Source of the DNA: Pseudomonadota bacterium
GTDB taxonomy: Bacteria; Pseudomonadota; Gammaproteobacteria; Pseudomonadales; Azotimanducaceae
DNA length: 64,000 nt
NCBI GenBank assembly: GCA_027624035.1
Contig: JAQBUI010000009.1
Span: 26,614 to 90,613, forward strand
Direction of reading: 5' to 3'
Below, piece after piece: positions 1 through 11,989 of this stretch (the stretch's first letter is position 1; each line of letters starts with the position of its first letter). Position numbers and translations under genes: made by a program. The notes beneath the pieces are model-generated. The model saw only the letters and a list, made by a program, of their open reading frames with translations. It was not told the DNA's origin and did not search any database.

Positions 1-192
1 GACTCCTTCGTCACCATCAATGTAGGTGATCTCGGAATCGCACGCAGCGGTCGAGAGGAAGCCAGGATCGTAAGTGTAGATGCCCTCATTGATTAACCCC
101 CGAACATCGACGACATTGCGACCCTCGGTTGCCTCAAGAACCGGTAAATCCACGGTCTTGCCGTCAATGATGATCTGTACTTTCTGAGTCAT
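1..192 (-). CDS. gltA: Citrate synthase (type II), first 64 codons only; the gene runs off the left edge
   Basis: Hand translation of the minus strand from ATG at 192 gives MTQKVQIIIDGKTVDLPVLEATEGRNVVDVRGLINEGIYTYDPGFLSTAACDSEITYIDGDEGV. This matches the conserved GltA N-terminus (FDPGF.STA.C.S.IT.IDGDEG). It is divergent from sdhC, as in E. coli. Confidence 0.8.
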   Translation of the reverse strand, partial: MTQKVQIIIDGKTVDLPVLEATEGRNVVDVRGLINEGIYTYDPGFLSTAACDSEITYIDGDEGV

Positions 193-454
193 TACCTTCG
201 CTCCGGTAGGGTCAAGTGCGTCTAGTTCAAACATGTCGTCAAACATGGCTCGGTCTGACGGGCTGTGCTTCACCCGCCTGTCAGGGTGCGGGAAGATGGC
301 TCATGTAAGCAAAACAGCCTGCCCTTGTAAAGGTTTTGGCGGTCGGGAGTTCGATTGTCTTTTCAGGGCAAAGTCACTATCATTCCTGCGTCGAAAAACG
401 GGGCAGCGTGAGCCCAACGGCCCCTTCTTCCAGGCTCTGGAGTTTCTTCAAGTA

Positions 455-516
455 GGGTTTTCTTTGATAAGGGTTTTCTGTGAAAGGGTTTTCTGTGAAA
501 GGTTTTTCTGCGAAAA
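455..516 (+). repeat. Tandem repeat of about 15 bp, 4 units (two perfect, two degenerate), overlapping the sdhC start
   Basis: Units are GGGTTTTCTTTGATAA (455-470), GGGTTTTCTGTGAAA (471-485), GGGTTTTCTGTGAAA (486-500) and GGTTTTTCTGCGAAAA (501-516). Confidence 0.9.
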
Positions 517-899
517 ATGATACGCGACCCATCAACGTGGGAATGTCGGACTTGCTCGTGTTTCGGTTTCCGATTCCTGCCATTGCCTCCATCAGCCATC
601 GAATAGCGGGGATGGCGCTGTTCGTCGGGATTGCCTTTGCCCTTTATGGCCTGCAGCTGTCACTCTCGTCTGAGCAGGGGTTCAACCAGGTGACAGGAGC
701 GATTGGATCGCCACTCGGAATCGTCATTACGATTGGCTTGCTGGCGGCGCTGGCCTATCACTTCGTTGCCGGGATCAAGCACCTGATGATGGACTTTGGC
801 GTTGGCGAGACACTGGAGGGTGGCATTTTTGCGGCTAAACTGACCTTTCTGCTGTCCGCCATTCTGATCTTTCTGGCAGCGATATGGGTACTGCAGTGA
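495..899 (+). CDS. sdhC: Succinate dehydrogenase cytochrome b556 subunit
   Basis: Based on ORF 480..899. TRPINVGMSDLLVFRFPIPAIASISHRIAG aligns with E. coli SdhC KQRPVNLDLQTIRFPITAIASILHRVSG. GTG at 495 gives an E. coli-like length (134 aa). GTG at 480, one repeat unit upstream, is an equally possible start. Confidence 0.85.
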   Translation: MKGFSAKNDTRPINVGMSDLLVFRFPIPAIASISHRIAGMALFVGIAFALYGLQLSLSSEQGFNQVTGAIGSPLGIVITIGLLAALAYHFVAGIKHLMMDFGVGETLEGGIFAAKLTFLLSAILIFLAAIWVLQ

Positions 900-954
900 T
901 GACCTGGACAGACTTTGAAACCGACCGAGCTGATATTGAGGTGGAGCGACAACC

Positions 955-1323
955 ATGGTGACTTCAGTAACCAGTCTGGGTCGGAGCGGTGTATCCGACT
1001 GGCTCATTCAACGTGTCAGTGCGGTGATCGTGGCCGCTTATTGCGTCTTTCTGGTCGGCTGGATCCTGGTCCAGGGTGGGGTCACCTATGCTGCCTGGAG
1101 AAGTCTTTTCGACAGCACCTGGATGCAGATATTCACGCTCATAGCATTACTGGCGACCTGTGCCCATGCCTGGGTTGGCGTCTGGACTGTAGGCTCCGAT
1201 TACCTTCAAGGCCGTCTGCTTGGAGACGGGGCAAACACATTGCGGTTCGCATACCAGATTGGCGCCGTCCTGATTCTGCTCGGCTACCTGGTGTGGGGCA
1301 TCAAAATTCTGTGGGGAAACTAG
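955..1323 (+). CDS. sdhD: Succinate dehydrogenase hydrophobic membrane anchor subunit
   Basis: MVTSVTSLGRSGVSDWLIQR aligns with E. coli SdhD [20 protein letters not shown]. The protein is a 122-aa hydrophobic protein with about three predicted TM segments, and it sits in the sdhC-sdhA position. Confidence 0.9.
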   Translation: MVTSVTSLGRSGVSDWLIQRVSAVIVAAYCVFLVGWILVQGGVTYAAWRSLFDSTWMQIFTLIALLATCAHAWVGVWTVGSDYLQGRLLGDGANTLRFAYQIGAVLILLGYLVWGIKILWGN

Positions 1324-1326
1324 CAC

Positions 1327-3102
1327 ATGTCTGATCTTCCGGTACTCGAATTCGACGCCATCATTGTAGGCGGTGGAGGCTCCGGTATGCGGGCCGCGCT
1401 GCAACTGGCGTCGTCGGGCTATAAGACTGCGGTGCTGTCCAAGGTGTTCCCCACGCGTTCGCACACTGTCTCGGCCCAGGGAGGAATCACCTGCGCCATA
1501 GCGAGCGATGATCCGAACGATGACTGGCGCTGGCATATGTACGATACGGTCAAGGGGTCCGACTATATCGGCGATCAGGACGCCATTGAATACATGTGCA
1601 GTGTTGGTCCGGAAGCTGTGTTTGAACTCGAGCACATGGGGCTGCCGTTCTCACGGACCGAAAGTGGACGCATCTATCAACGCCCGTTTGGCGGCCAGTC
1701 AAAGGATTATGGCAAGGGTGGCCAGGCGGCAAGAACCTGCGCGGCTGCCGATCGAACCGGACACGCACTGCTGCATACCCTATATCAGGGGAATCTGCGG
1801 GCAGGCACCGTGTTTTTCAGCGAGTGGTTTGCCGTCGACCTGGTGAAAAACGCCAATGGTGCAGTGGTGGGTGTCACGGCCATCTGTATGGAAACGGGTG
1901 AATTACACTACGTCAAGAGTCGTGCAACGGTTCTGGCCACGGGCGGTGCGGGCCGAATCTATCAGTCCACCACCAACGCCTTGATGAACACCGGTGATGG
2001 CACCGGCATGGCATTGCGGGCCGGATTCCCCGTCCAGGATATCGAGATGTGGCAGTTTCACCCCACTGGAATCGCCGGGGCGGGCGTGCTGGTGACCGAA
2101 GGCTGCCGGGGTGAGGGCGGTTATCTGATCAACAAGGACGGCGAGCGCTTCATGGAGCGGTATGCCCCGAATGCGAAGGACCTGGCCGGCCGCGATGTTG
2201 TGGCACGGAGCATGGTACTTGAGATTCTTGAAGGCCGTGGGGCGGGGGAGAATGGCGATCATGTTCTGCTTAAACTGGACCATCTGGGTGAGGACATTCT
2301 CCATTCGAGGCTTCCCGGGATCGTTGAGCTATCGAAGACGTTTGCCCACGTCGACCCGGTCAAGGAACCGATCCCGGTGGTACCTACCTGTCATTACATG
2401 ATGGGGGGGCTGCCCACTAATGTGAATGGTCAGGCACTGGGTGTCGATGGCGACGGTAAGGACCATGTAATTGAAGGCCTGTATGCGGTGGGCGAGGCTG
2501 CCTGTGTTTCAGTCCACGGCGCCAACCGCCTGGGCGGCAATTCACTGCTTGATCTGGTTGTGTTTGGACGCGCTGCTGGTCTGCACATCACCAGCGCCCT
2601 GGCCGAAGGCATGGACTCTCAGCCGGCATCAGGCAGTGATCTGGAGAGTGCCCTGTCTCGCTATGCCCGCTGGGAAGATTCCCCCCCGGAGGGCGAAGGT
2701 GTCGCCAGGCTCAAAAGGGAACTGCAGAGTTGCATGCAGCTCAATTTCGGCGTATTTCGCAATGAACAGCACATGCGTGCCGGCATGGAAACCCTGGTCG
2801 AACTGCGTGAGCGTATCGCAAGGGCGAGTCTGCCCGACAAGAGCAAGGCGTTCAATACGGCTCGCTTTGAAGCGCTGGAGTTGGACAACCTGCTCGAAAT
2901 CGCAGAGGCGACCGCGATCGCAGCGGAGGGGCGACGGGAAAGCCGTGGTGCCCACTCCCGGGAGGATTACAAGGACCGGGATGACGAGAACTGGCTGGCC
3001 CATTCGATCTATGATCCCCTGAGCAGAGAGCTGAAAAAGCGTGAAGTGAACATGACGCCCAAGACCGTTCCCACTTTCGAACCGCAAGAAAGGAAGTATT
3101 AA
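1327..3102 (+). CDS. sdhA: Succinate dehydrogenase flavoprotein subunit
   Basis: The 591-aa ORF has the FAD fold [11 protein letters not shown] and the covalent-FAD histidine motif [10 protein letters not shown]. It also has [18 protein letters not shown]. Confidence 0.97.
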   Translation: MSDLPVLEFDAIIVGGGGSGMRAALQLASSGYKTAVLSKVFPTRSHTVSAQGGITCAIASDDPNDDWRWHMYDTVKGSDYIGDQDAIEYMCSVGPEAVFELEHMGLPFSRTESGRIYQRPFGGQSKDYGKGGQAARTCAAADRTGHALLHTLYQGNLRAGTVFFSEWFAVDLVKNANGAVVGVTAICMETGELHYVKSRATVLATGGAGRIYQSTTNALMNTGDGTGMALRAGFPVQDIEMWQFHPTGIAGAGVLVTEGCRGEGGYLINKDGERFMERYAPNAKDLAGRDVVARSMVLEILEGRGAGENGDHVLLKLDHLGEDILHSRLPGIVELSKTFAHVDPVKEPIPVVPTCHYMMGGLPTNVNGQALGVDGDGKDHVIEGLYAVGEAACVSVHGANRLGGNSLLDLVVFGRAAGLHITSALAEGMDSQPASGSDLESALSRYARWEDSPPEGEGVARLKRELQSCMQLNFGVFRNEQHMRAGMETLVELRERIARASLPDKSKAFNTARFEALELDNLLEIAEATAIAAEGRRESRGAHSREDYKDRDDENWLAHSIYDPLSRELKKREVNMTPKTVPTFEPQERKY

Positions 3103-3107
3103 TCGCC

Positions 3108-3815
3108 ATGCAAGTCAGTGTCTATCGTTACAACCCGGAGCAGGATCAGGCGCCTTATATGCAGGATTTCACCCTTGAGATCCCTGAGGGGCGTGACCTG
3201 ATGGTGCTGGATGTCATGGAGATGTTGAAAGAACAGGACGCCTCGGTGTCCTATCGGCGTTCCTGTCGTGAAGGGGTATGTGGCTCCGATGGGGTCAACA
3301 TGAACGGCAAGAACGGGCTTGCCTGTATTACGCCAATATCAGAGGTCGTCCGGGGCGATGGGCGCCTCACTTTGCGTCCTTTGCCAGGATTGCCGGTCAT
3401 TCGCGATCTGGTGGTGGATATGACCCAGTTCTTCGCCCAGTATGAGAAGGTCAAGCCGTACCTGATCAATGACGAGGCGCCGCCGAGTCAGGAGCGGCTG
3501 CAGAGCCCTGAACAGAGGGAAAAACTCGATGGGCTGTATGAGTGTATTCTCTGCGCCTGCTGCTCGACGGCGTGCCCTTCCTTCTGGTGGAATCCGGACA
3601 AATTTATTGGGCCTGCAGGTCTGCTGCAGGCTTATCGCTTTCTGGCAGACAGCCGTGACACAGCGACAGAGGAACGTCTTGCCGGTCTGGAAGACCCGTT
3701 CAGCGTGTTTCGCTGCAGGGGCATCATGAACTGTGTCAACGTTTGCCCGAAAGGACTGAACCCGACCCGAGCCATTGGTCACATCAGGAACATGCTTCTT
3801 GCCAGAGCGGTCTGA
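3108..3815 (+). CDS. sdhB: Succinate dehydrogenase iron-sulfur subunit
   Basis: Three Fe-S cysteine clusters are present: CREGVCGSDG, CILCACCSTACP and CRGIMNCVNVCP. The protein is 235 aa. Confidence 0.97.
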   Translation: MQVSVYRYNPEQDQAPYMQDFTLEIPEGRDLMVLDVMEMLKEQDASVSYRRSCREGVCGSDGVNMNGKNGLACITPISEVVRGDGRLTLRPLPGLPVIRDLVVDMTQFFAQYEKVKPYLINDEAPPSQERLQSPEQREKLDGLYECILCACCSTACPSFWWNPDKFIGPAGLLQAYRFLADSRDTATEERLAGLEDPFSVFRCRGIMNCVNVCPKGLNPTRAIGHIRNMLLARAV

Positions 3816-3972
3816 CTGAACCTTATTCCAAGGTTCCCTGACATCGCCAACCTGACGACGCACTGATGGCCAACCCCCTGGCCCCAGGGACACCTCGTTG
3901 CGGCGCGGGGGTGTCCAACGATGTCTTTGTCAGTACAATCAACTCACCCGGGCAGCAAGGAACATTCAGGCG

Positions 3973-6819
3973 ATGGAAGACAGCGTAATGGAGCGCCTGT
4001 GGCGCACCGGGCACATTTCCGGTGGCAATGCCTCGTATGTTGAAGAACTCTACGAGAAGTACCTCGAAGATCCATCTGAAATTCCTGATCAGTGGCGAAG
4101 CTACTTTGAAACGTTGCCGATGGTTGAAGGCTCAGTCGCCCCTGACATTTCCCATAGCACCGTACGGGACCACTTTTTGCTGCTTGCCAAGAATCAGGCG
4201 CGCGTGGCTCCGGTGTCGGCGAGTAGTATCAGTTCCGAGTACGAACGAAAGCAGTTTGCCGTTGGGGAGCTGATCAATAGTTATCGACGTCGCGGCAATC
4301 TCAAGGCTAATCTTGACCCTCTGAAGCTCGAACCCATCGCCCATGTGCGGGCGCTGACTCTCGAACATCATCGTCTGTCCAGGGCCGACCTCGATACCGA
4401 GTTTCAGACCGGCAATCTGTTCTTTGGTGACAAGACCGCGACCCTGCGTGAAATCATAGAGGTGCTTGAAGCTACTTATTGTGACTCGGTTGGCGCCGAA
4501 TACATGCACATCACCGATGAGGCGGAGCAACTGTGGGTGCAGCAACGCATGGAGAGTACCCGCACCCAGCCTTCCTACGGTGATGGCGTCAAGCGCCGTC
4601 TGCTGGACCGCCTGCTCGCGGCCGAGGGGCTCGAGAAGTACCTTGGAACCAAGTATCCCGGTACCAAGCGATTTGGCCTTGAGGGTGGCGAGAGCTTCAT
4701 TCCCTGTCTGGCTGAACTGATCCATCGGGCGGGCTCGGCCGGTGTGAAGGAAGCGGTCATCGGCATGGCTCATCGGGGCCGTATCAATGTGCTGGTGAAC
4801 CTGCTGGGAAAGAACCCTGCGGAACTCTTTGATGAATTCGAAGGTCGCTATGAGCCTGGGTTTGGCTCGGGCGACGTCAAATATCATCAGGGTTTTTCGT
4901 CTAACCTGATGACCCCCGGCGGTGAGATGCACCTGGCACTGGGTTTCAATCCATCTCATCTCGAGATCTCGGCGCCGGTCATTGTCGGTTCCGTTCGTGC
5001 GCGTCAGGACCGGCGAGGTGATCCAACGGGCGATAAGGTGCTTGCGATCAACGTGCATGGAGATGCCGCGTTTGCCGGCCAGGGTGTGGTCATGGAAACG
5101 TTCCAGATGTCCCAGACCCGCGGATTCCACACGGGCGGTACCATCCACGTGATTATCAACAACCAGATCGGCTATACCGTCAGTCGTCAGGATGATGCCC
5201 GTTCGACCCGGTTTTGCACAGAAATCGCCAAGATGGTTCAGGCGCCGATCTTTCACGTCAATGGTGATGACCCGGAAGCGGTACTGTTCATTTCGCAGCT
5301 TGCCCTGGATTATCGTATGGAGTTCAGGAAAGACGTGGTGATCGACATCGTATGCTATCGGCGTCGTGGGCATAACGAAGGTGATGAGCCCTCGATCACC
5401 CAGCCGCTGATGTACAAGAAGATCCGCAGTCACCCCACGACGCTCGAACTCTATGCAGAGCAGATCATCGAACAGGGCGCGATTGAGCGGGCCGAGTTTG
5501 AACGCCGCATGGAGGCCTATCGAAGTGATCTTGACGAGGGTAAGGCCATGGCCTGGGACTATCTCAAGGAGCCCGATACCTCGCTATACGTGGACTGGCG
5601 GCCATATCTTGGCCACGACTGGGATTCGCCGGCCGATACGTCCTATGATTTGAAGGCGTTTCAGGAACTGTCCGGGCGATTGGCCACACTGCCAGAGAAT
5701 TTCTCGATACTGCGCCAGGTATCCAAAATCGTTGAAGATCGTAAGAAGATGGGCGCTGGTGCCCTTGCTATCAACTGGGGCTTTGCGGAAATCATGGCCT
5801 ACGCCACCCTGCTGACCCAGGGTTTCGGGATCCGGCTTACGGGTCAGGACGTGGGCAGAGGCACATTCTCTCACCGCCATGCGGTGCTGCATGACCAGAA
5901 GCAGGGTGGCACCTATGTGCCGCTTGAACACGTTGCGGAAGGTCAGCCGCCTTTTCGGCTGTACGATTCGCTTCTGTCAGAGGAAGCGGTGCTGGCATTC
6001 GAATACGGATACGCGCAGACGGCGCCGAACACGCTGGTCATCTGGGAGGCCCAGTTTGGTGACTTTGCCAATGGCGCCCAGGTGGTGATCGACCAGTTCA
6101 TTGCCAGCGGCGAGCACAAGTGGGCGCGACTGTGTGGTCTGACCCTGTTGTTGCCGCATGGCTATGAAGGGGCAGGGCCGGAACATTCGTCGGCGCGTCT
6201 CGAGCGATATCTGCAGCTCTGCGCTGAGCACAACATTCAGGTGTGTACCCCGACGACACCGGCCCAGATCTTTCATCTGCTGAGGAGACAGGTCATCCGC
6301 CCGCTTCGCAAGCCACTGGTCGTGATGACACCCAAGAGCCTGTTGCGACACAAGGAAGCAGTCTCCAGCCTCGAAGACCTCTGCCATGGCGGTTTCCAGA
6401 ACGTGATCCAGGAAGTGGACCAACATGAGCCCGATGAAATCACCCGCATCGTGATCTGCAGCGGCAAGGTCTACTATGACCTCCTTGCCAGGCGCCGGGA
6501 GGAAGGTCTTGCCCATGTTGTGATCCTGCGGGTTGAGCAGCTTTATCCATTCCCGGAAGCAGAGTTGATGGCGGCCCTCGAACCCTACCGGAATATCACA
6601 ACCATGGTCTGGTGTCAGGAAGAGCCCATGAACCAGGGCGCATGGTACTCCAGTCAGCATCACATCAGGCGCGTCGTGAATGTCAAATATCCAACATCGT
6701 ATCTGCATTATGCCGGGCGGGTAGCATCCGCAGCGGCAGCCGCAGGTTACATGTCTCTGCATGTTCAGCAGCAGGAAGCACTGGTAGCGAGTGCACTGTT
6801 CTCCGATGAACCAGACTAG
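3973..6819 (+). CDS. sucA: 2-oxoglutarate dehydrogenase E1 component
   Basis: [34 protein letters not shown] parallels the E. coli SucA N-terminus. The ORF-track start at 3898 adds a non-conserved Arg/Cys-rich extension. ATG 3973 has AAGGA about 12 nt upstream; ATG 3988 is also possible. Confidence 0.95.
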   Translation: MEDSVMERLWRTGHISGGNASYVEELYEKYLEDPSEIPDQWRSYFETLPMVEGSVAPDISHSTVRDHFLLLAKNQARVAPVSASSISSEYERKQFAVGELINSYRRRGNLKANLDPLKLEPIAHVRALTLEHHRLSRADLDTEFQTGNLFFGDKTATLREIIEVLEATYCDSVGAEYMHITDEAEQLWVQQRMESTRTQPSYGDGVKRRLLDRLLAAEGLEKYLGTKYPGTKRFGLEGGESFIPCLAELIHRAGSAGVKEAVIGMAHRGRINVLVNLLGKNPAELFDEFEGRYEPGFGSGDVKYHQGFSSNLMTPGGEMHLALGFNPSHLEISAPVIVGSVRARQDRRGDPTGDKVLAINVHGDAAFAGQGVVMETFQMSQTRGFHTGGTIHVIINNQIGYTVSRQDDARSTRFCTEIAKMVQAPIFHVNGDDPEAVLFISQLALDYRMEFRKDVVIDIVCYRRRGHNEGDEPSITQPLMYKKIRSHPTTLELYAEQIIEQGAIERAEFERRMEAYRSDLDEGKAMAWDYLKEPDTSLYVDWRPYLGHDWDSPADTSYDLKAFQELSGRLATLPENFSILRQVSKIVEDRKKMGAGALAINWGFAEIMAYATLLTQGFGIRLTGQDVGRGTFSHRHAVLHDQKQGGTYVPLEHVAEGQPPFRLYDSLLSEEAVLAFEYGYAQTAPNTLVIWEAQFGDFANGAQVVIDQFIASGEHKWARLCGLTLLLPHGYEGAGPEHSSARLERYLQLCAEHNIQVCTPTTPAQIFHLLRRQVIRPLRKPLVVMTPKSLLRHKEAVSSLEDLCHGGFQNVIQEVDQHEPDEITRIVICSGKVYYDLLARRREEGLAHVVILRVEQLYPFPEAELMAALEPYRNITTMVWCQEEPMNQGAWYSSQHHIRRVVNVKYPTSYLHYAGRVASAAAAAGYMSLHVQQQEALVASALFSDEPD

Positions 6820-6836
6820 CCCTTAGGACCGAAAAG

Positions 6837-8063
6837 ATGATTGAAATCAAGACGCCCGAGTTTCCCGAGTCCATTGCCGATGGCGAAGTGGCGGCGTGGC
6901 ATGTCGCCGTCGGAGAACCCGTCAAGCGTGATACCGTACTGGTTGACATCGAGACCGACAAGGTTGTGATCGAGGTAGTGGCGCCTGAGGACGGCAAGCT
7001 GACGAAAATCATCAAGGCCCAGGGCGAGACCGTGCTGGCGGAGGAGGTCCTCGGTGAGTTCGAAGCCGGTGAGGTAGGTGAGGAGCGTGAAACCACGCAA
7101 GTGCAGGCCACGGCCACGGATCGGACCAACCGAGGTCCGGAATCGGAGTCCGCCAGTTCGGTAGAACCGGTGGCGAGCCCGGCTGCCAGAAAACTCGCAA
7201 TGGAAAACAAGATTGATGTCACCCGGGTTCAGGGCACCGGTAAAGGAGACCGTGTCACCAAGGAAGATGTCGTCAAGGCAGTGGCTGCGGCAGAGCGCCA
7301 GACGACCGAGGCGCCCAGACAGAGCCCTGCGCCATCTGCCGATGTGCCGATCACTGGCGACAGGATCGAGCGCCGGGTACCCATGACCCGACTGCGAGCG
7401 AGTATTGCAAGGCGTCTGGTGGAAGCGCAGCAGACCGCTGCAATGTTGACGACTTTCAACGAGGTCGACATGGGGGCGATCATCGATCTTCGAACCCAGT
7501 ATCGTGATGCTTTCGAGAAAGCACACAACGGTACCCGGTTGGGCTTCATGTCCTTTTTTGTTCGCGCCAGCATCGAGGCGCTCAAACGCTTTCCCGGCGT
7601 CAACGCGTCGATCGACGGAAGCGACATCGTTTATCACGGCTATCAGGATATCGGGGTGGCAGTGGGTTCGCCCAGGGGGCTGGTGGTTCCGGTCATCAGG
7701 GAAGCCGACAGCCTGACCCTGGCTGAGATTGAAGATCAGGTTCGTGACTTCGGTATCAAGGCTCGCGACGGGAAACTGTCGATAGATGATATGACCGGTG
7801 GTACGTTCACCATATCCAACGGTGGGGTATTCGGGTCACTGTTGTCGACGCCCATATTGAATCCGCCGCAGACCGGGATTCTGGGCATGCACAAAATTCA
7901 GGATCGACCCATGGCTGTTGACGGTGAGGTCAGGATTCGGCCGATGATGTACCTGGCGCTTTCCTACGACCACCGGCTGATAGACGGCCAGGAGGCCGTA
8001 CGGTTTCTGGTCACAATAAAGGATTTTCTGGAAGAACCGGCCCGGATTCTTCTGGACATATAG
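6837..8063 (+). CDS. sucB: Dihydrolipoyllysine-residue succinyltransferase (E2 of OGDH)
   Basis: It has a single lipoyl domain ([12 protein letters not shown]), an E3-binding segment ([15 protein letters not shown]) and the catalytic motif [10 protein letters not shown]. Confidence 0.95.
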   Translation: MIEIKTPEFPESIADGEVAAWHVAVGEPVKRDTVLVDIETDKVVIEVVAPEDGKLTKIIKAQGETVLAEEVLGEFEAGEVGEERETTQVQATATDRTNRGPESESASSVEPVASPAARKLAMENKIDVTRVQGTGKGDRVTKEDVVKAVAAAERQTTEAPRQSPAPSADVPITGDRIERRVPMTRLRASIARRLVEAQQTAAMLTTFNEVDMGAIIDLRTQYRDAFEKAHNGTRLGFMSFFVRASIEALKRFPGVNASIDGSDIVYHGYQDIGVAVGSPRGLVVPVIREADSLTLAEIEDQVRDFGIKARDGKLSIDDMTGGTFTISNGGVFGSLLSTPILNPPQTGILGMHKIQDRPMAVDGEVRIRPMMYLALSYDHRLIDGQEAVRFLVTIKDFLEEPARILLDI

Positions 8064-8074
8064 GGCGATATTAG

Positions 8075-9532
<1,458 letters not shown>

Positions 9533-9576
9533 CAACTTCAATTCGGTGTCATTTGGCATCTTAAGGATCTTAAGGT

Positions 9577-10746
9577 ATGAATCTTCACGAGTACCAGGCG
9601 AAGCAGGTCTTTGCCGACTATGGACTGCCGGTGTCCAGAGGCATTGCAGTCGACACCGCCGATGAGGCGGTCGCGGCTGCCCGGGAACTGGGGGGCGATC
9701 GCTGGGTTGTCAAGGTCCAGGTGCATGCAGGGGGCCGTGGCAAGGCTGGTGGCGTCAAGCTGGTGTCCACCGAGGATGAAATCAGGGCCTTCGCGAACCA
9801 GCATGTTGGTACCAATCTGGTGACCTATCAGACCGATGAAAACGGTCAGCCGGTCAGCAAGATTTACGTTGAGGATTGTACGGATATTGCTCAGGAGTTG
9901 TATCTGGGTGCAGTGATCGACCGGGCGTCCCAGCGCATCATCTTTATGGCATCCACCGAAGGTGGTGTGGAAATCGAAAAAGTGGCCGAAGAGACTCCGG
10001 AGAAGATTCTGCAGGCGGTCATTGATCCGATGATTGGCGCCATGCCCTACCAGGGCCGCGACCTTGGGTTTCAGCTGGGGTTGTCCGGAAAACAGATCAA
10101 TCAGTTCGCCTCCGTGTTCACCACGCTGGCGAGACTCTTTGTTGAACGGGACCTGTCCCTGCTGGAAATCAACCCGCTGGTGGTGACGGCCGCCGGTGAC
10201 ATTCACTGTCTTGATGCGAAAGTCTCGATCGACAGCAATGCACTGTATCGGCAGAAGGGCCTCGCTGAAATGCGTGACCCTTCACAGGAAGACGAACGTG
10301 AGAATCAGGCATCGGAGTTCGGGCTTAATTACGTTGCCCTCGACGGCAACATCGGATGCATGGTGAACGGCGCTGGTCTTGCCATGGGGACCATGGACCT
10401 CGTCAAGCTTCACGGTGGTCAACCCGCCAATTTCCTCGATGTGGGTGGTGGGGCCACGAAGGAAGCAGTCAGTGAGGCATTCAAGATCATTCTGTCTGAC
10501 AGCAATGTCAAAGCGGTGCTGATCAACATCTTTGGAGGCATTGTCAGATGCGACATTATCGCCGAGGGCATCATTGGTGCGGTGAGGGATGTGGGGGTCG
10601 AGGTACCTGTGGTGGTCCGATTTGAAGGCAACAATGCGCCGCTGGGCGTGAAGACGCTGGCAGAAAGTGATGTAGACATTATTGCGGCGACCAGTTTGAC
10701 GGACGCTGTGGCCCAGGCAGTCAAGGCAGCGGGAGGTGCAGCGTGA
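9577..10746 (+). CDS. sucC: Succinyl-CoA synthetase beta subunit
   Basis: It starts [19 protein letters not shown] and is a 389-aa ATP-grasp protein. Its stop overlaps the sucD start in a 4-nt GTGA. Confidence 0.97.
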   Translation: MNLHEYQAKQVFADYGLPVSRGIAVDTADEAVAAARELGGDRWVVKVQVHAGGRGKAGGVKLVSTEDEIRAFANQHVGTNLVTYQTDENGQPVSKIYVEDCTDIAQELYLGAVIDRASQRIIFMASTEGGVEIEKVAEETPEKILQAVIDPMIGAMPYQGRDLGFQLGLSGKQINQFASVFTTLARLFVERDLSLLEINPLVVTAAGDIHCLDAKVSIDSNALYRQKGLAEMRDPSQEDERENQASEFGLNYVALDGNIGCMVNGAGLAMGTMDLVKLHGGQPANFLDVGGGATKEAVSEAFKIILSDSNVKAVLINIFGGIVRCDIIAEGIIGAVRDVGVEVPVVVRFEGNNAPLGVKTLAESDVDIIAATSLTDAVAQAVKAAGGAA

Positions 10747-11618
10747 GCATTCTGATCGATCAGTCAACCAAGGTCATTTGCCAGGGGTTCACCGGCTCTC
10801 AGGGCACCCTTCACTCGCAGCAGGCGATCGACTATGGAACCAGAATGGTCGGTGGCATCACGCCCGGTAAAGGTGGCCAGACTCACCTCGGGCTGCCGGT
10901 GTTCAATACCGTCCGGGATGCGGTGGACGCCACCGGTGCCGATGCCACAGTGATCTATGTACCGGCCCCGTTCGCAAAGGATGGCATACTGGAGGCAGCG
11001 GCAGCCGGCATCAGGTTGATCGTGTGCATCACCGAAGGCGTTCCCACTCTGGACATGCTCGTGGTCAAGGCCAGTCTCGACGCCCAGGGCGTACGGTTGA
11101 TCGGCCCCAACTGTCCCGGTGTGATCACACCCGGGCAGTGCAAGATTGGCATCATGCCCGGTGATATTCACCTTCCGGGAAAGGTTGGCATCGTTTCGCG
11201 ATCCGGCACCCTGACCTATGAAGCCGTCAAACAGACGACTGACCTCGGCTATGGCCAGAGCAGTTGTGTCGGCATCGGTGGTGACCCTATCCCGGGAAGT
11301 CATTTCATCGACATTCTTGAGATGTTCGAAAAGGATGAGGCGACCGAGGCCATCGTGATGGTAGGTGAGATCGGTGGTACTGCAGAGGAAGAAGCAGCCG
11401 AATTTATCAAACACAATGTGACCAAGCCGGTTGTCGGCTATATCGCCGGGGTCACAGCGCCTCCCGGGAAGAGAATGGGCCACGCTGGCGCTATTATTGC
11501 CGGTGGCAAGGGTACAGCAGATGACAAGTTTGCTGCCCTGACAGATGCCGGGGTCCACACCGTCAAGAGTCTCGCCCAGATCGGCGAGGCGCTCTCGGAA
11601 GCGACCGGATGGCAGTGA
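10743..11618 (+). CDS. sucD: Succinyl-CoA synthetase alpha subunit
   Basis: It has the CoA-binding N-terminus [12 protein letters not shown] and the phosphohistidine loop MGHAGAII. Confidence 0.97.
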   Translation: MSILIDQSTKVICQGFTGSQGTLHSQQAIDYGTRMVGGITPGKGGQTHLGLPVFNTVRDAVDATGADATVIYVPAPFAKDGILEAAAAGIRLIVCITEGVPTLDMLVVKASLDAQGVRLIGPNCPGVITPGQCKIGIMPGDIHLPGKVGIVSRSGTLTYEAVKQTTDLGYGQSSCVGIGGDPIPGSHFIDILEMFEKDEATEAIVMVGEIGGTAEEEAAEFIKHNVTKPVVGYIAGVTAPPGKRMGHAGAIIAGGKGTADDKFAALTDAGVHTVKSLAQIGEALSEATGWQ

Positions 11619-11885
11619 TGTTTGCCTGACAGGTAACATGAATCGGACAGCCTTTCATGAAGGTTCCTGATACCAGGTGCCAGGATGAGAGCTTTCTTTC
11701 ACGACTAGCTTGCACGACAACGTGTGCCTGAGATGGGTACGCTCAGGGCTGCTGAGAAAGCGCTGTTCTGGCGTCGTGGGTCCAGCCCGCTCGCGACATC
11801 GACTGGCCTGGTCGATTAGCGCGAATCTGCCGGACCCTGCGATTTTCTCCGCGTACTCGTGATCAAGGGCGCCGGTACTCCGGCA

Positions 11886-11916
11886 CCCTTGAAAACCCCC
11901 GATCCGCCCCCATCTC
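11886..11916 (+). promoter_or_regulatory. Sigma32 (RpoH) heat-shock promoter for htpG
   Basis: CCCTTGAAAA lies at 11886-11895 (TTGAAA at 11889-94). A 13-nt spacer follows, then CCCCATCT at 11908-11915. This matches the CTTGAAA-N13-15-CCCCATnT consensus, about 75 nt upstream of the htpG ATG. Confidence 0.65.
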
Positions 11917-11989
11917 CCCACCTGTACAGATTCAAGACAATGCCTGAATCACGCCTAAATTACCCTCGAACTTCAGACCAAGGAGTGCC

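Noticed and set aside
342-356. GTCGGGAGTTCGATT in the gltA-sdhC spacer matches the T-arm of the tRNA-Pro gene (GTCGGGAGTTCGAAT) over 13 nt, suggesting a tRNA remnant or tRNA-like structure.
   Set aside because: I could not fold a T-stem, anticodon arm or acceptor stem around it. A single 13-mer match to one of four tRNAs is within what chance could give in 2x64 kb; my rough expectation is about 0.1.
3898-3972. N-terminal extensions implied by the longest-ORF calls. These affect sucA (3898), aroC (18611), asd (20660), fimV (21883), the DUF58 gene (33319), the LLM gene (42039), the RPH-like gene (51206), lon (55209) and mltD (62062).
   Set aside because: The extensions are non-conserved, Arg/Cys-rich or overlap the upstream gene or promoter. 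Internal starts with SD sequences reproduce the canonical N-termini of the respective families.
4132-5433. Long ORFs antisense to or overlapping well-supported genes. Examples are 4132..5433(-) in sucA, 5977..6762(-), 10764..11639(-) mirroring sucD, 23598..24740(-) in fimV, 33442..34383(-), 34293..36020(-) in tgpA and 41012..41728(-).
   Set aside because: Their translations are Arg/Pro/Gly/His-rich with no recognisable motifs. They lie opposite genes with strong homology signals. They are the expected stop-poor alternative frames of GC-rich DNA. The fimV one is just the complement of the acidic repeat..
11655-11921. An 88-aa minus-strand ORF in the sucD-htpG spacer, and the 117-aa ORF 16732..17085(-) in the DUF1631 spacer, as possible small paralogous proteins.
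   Set aside because: The nucleotide core they share is read in different frames in the two ORFs, and the alignment has non-triplet indels. The first ORF runs across the sigma32 promoter. The composition (Cys/Ser/His/Arg-rich) is not protein-like. They are kept only as a non-coding repeat.
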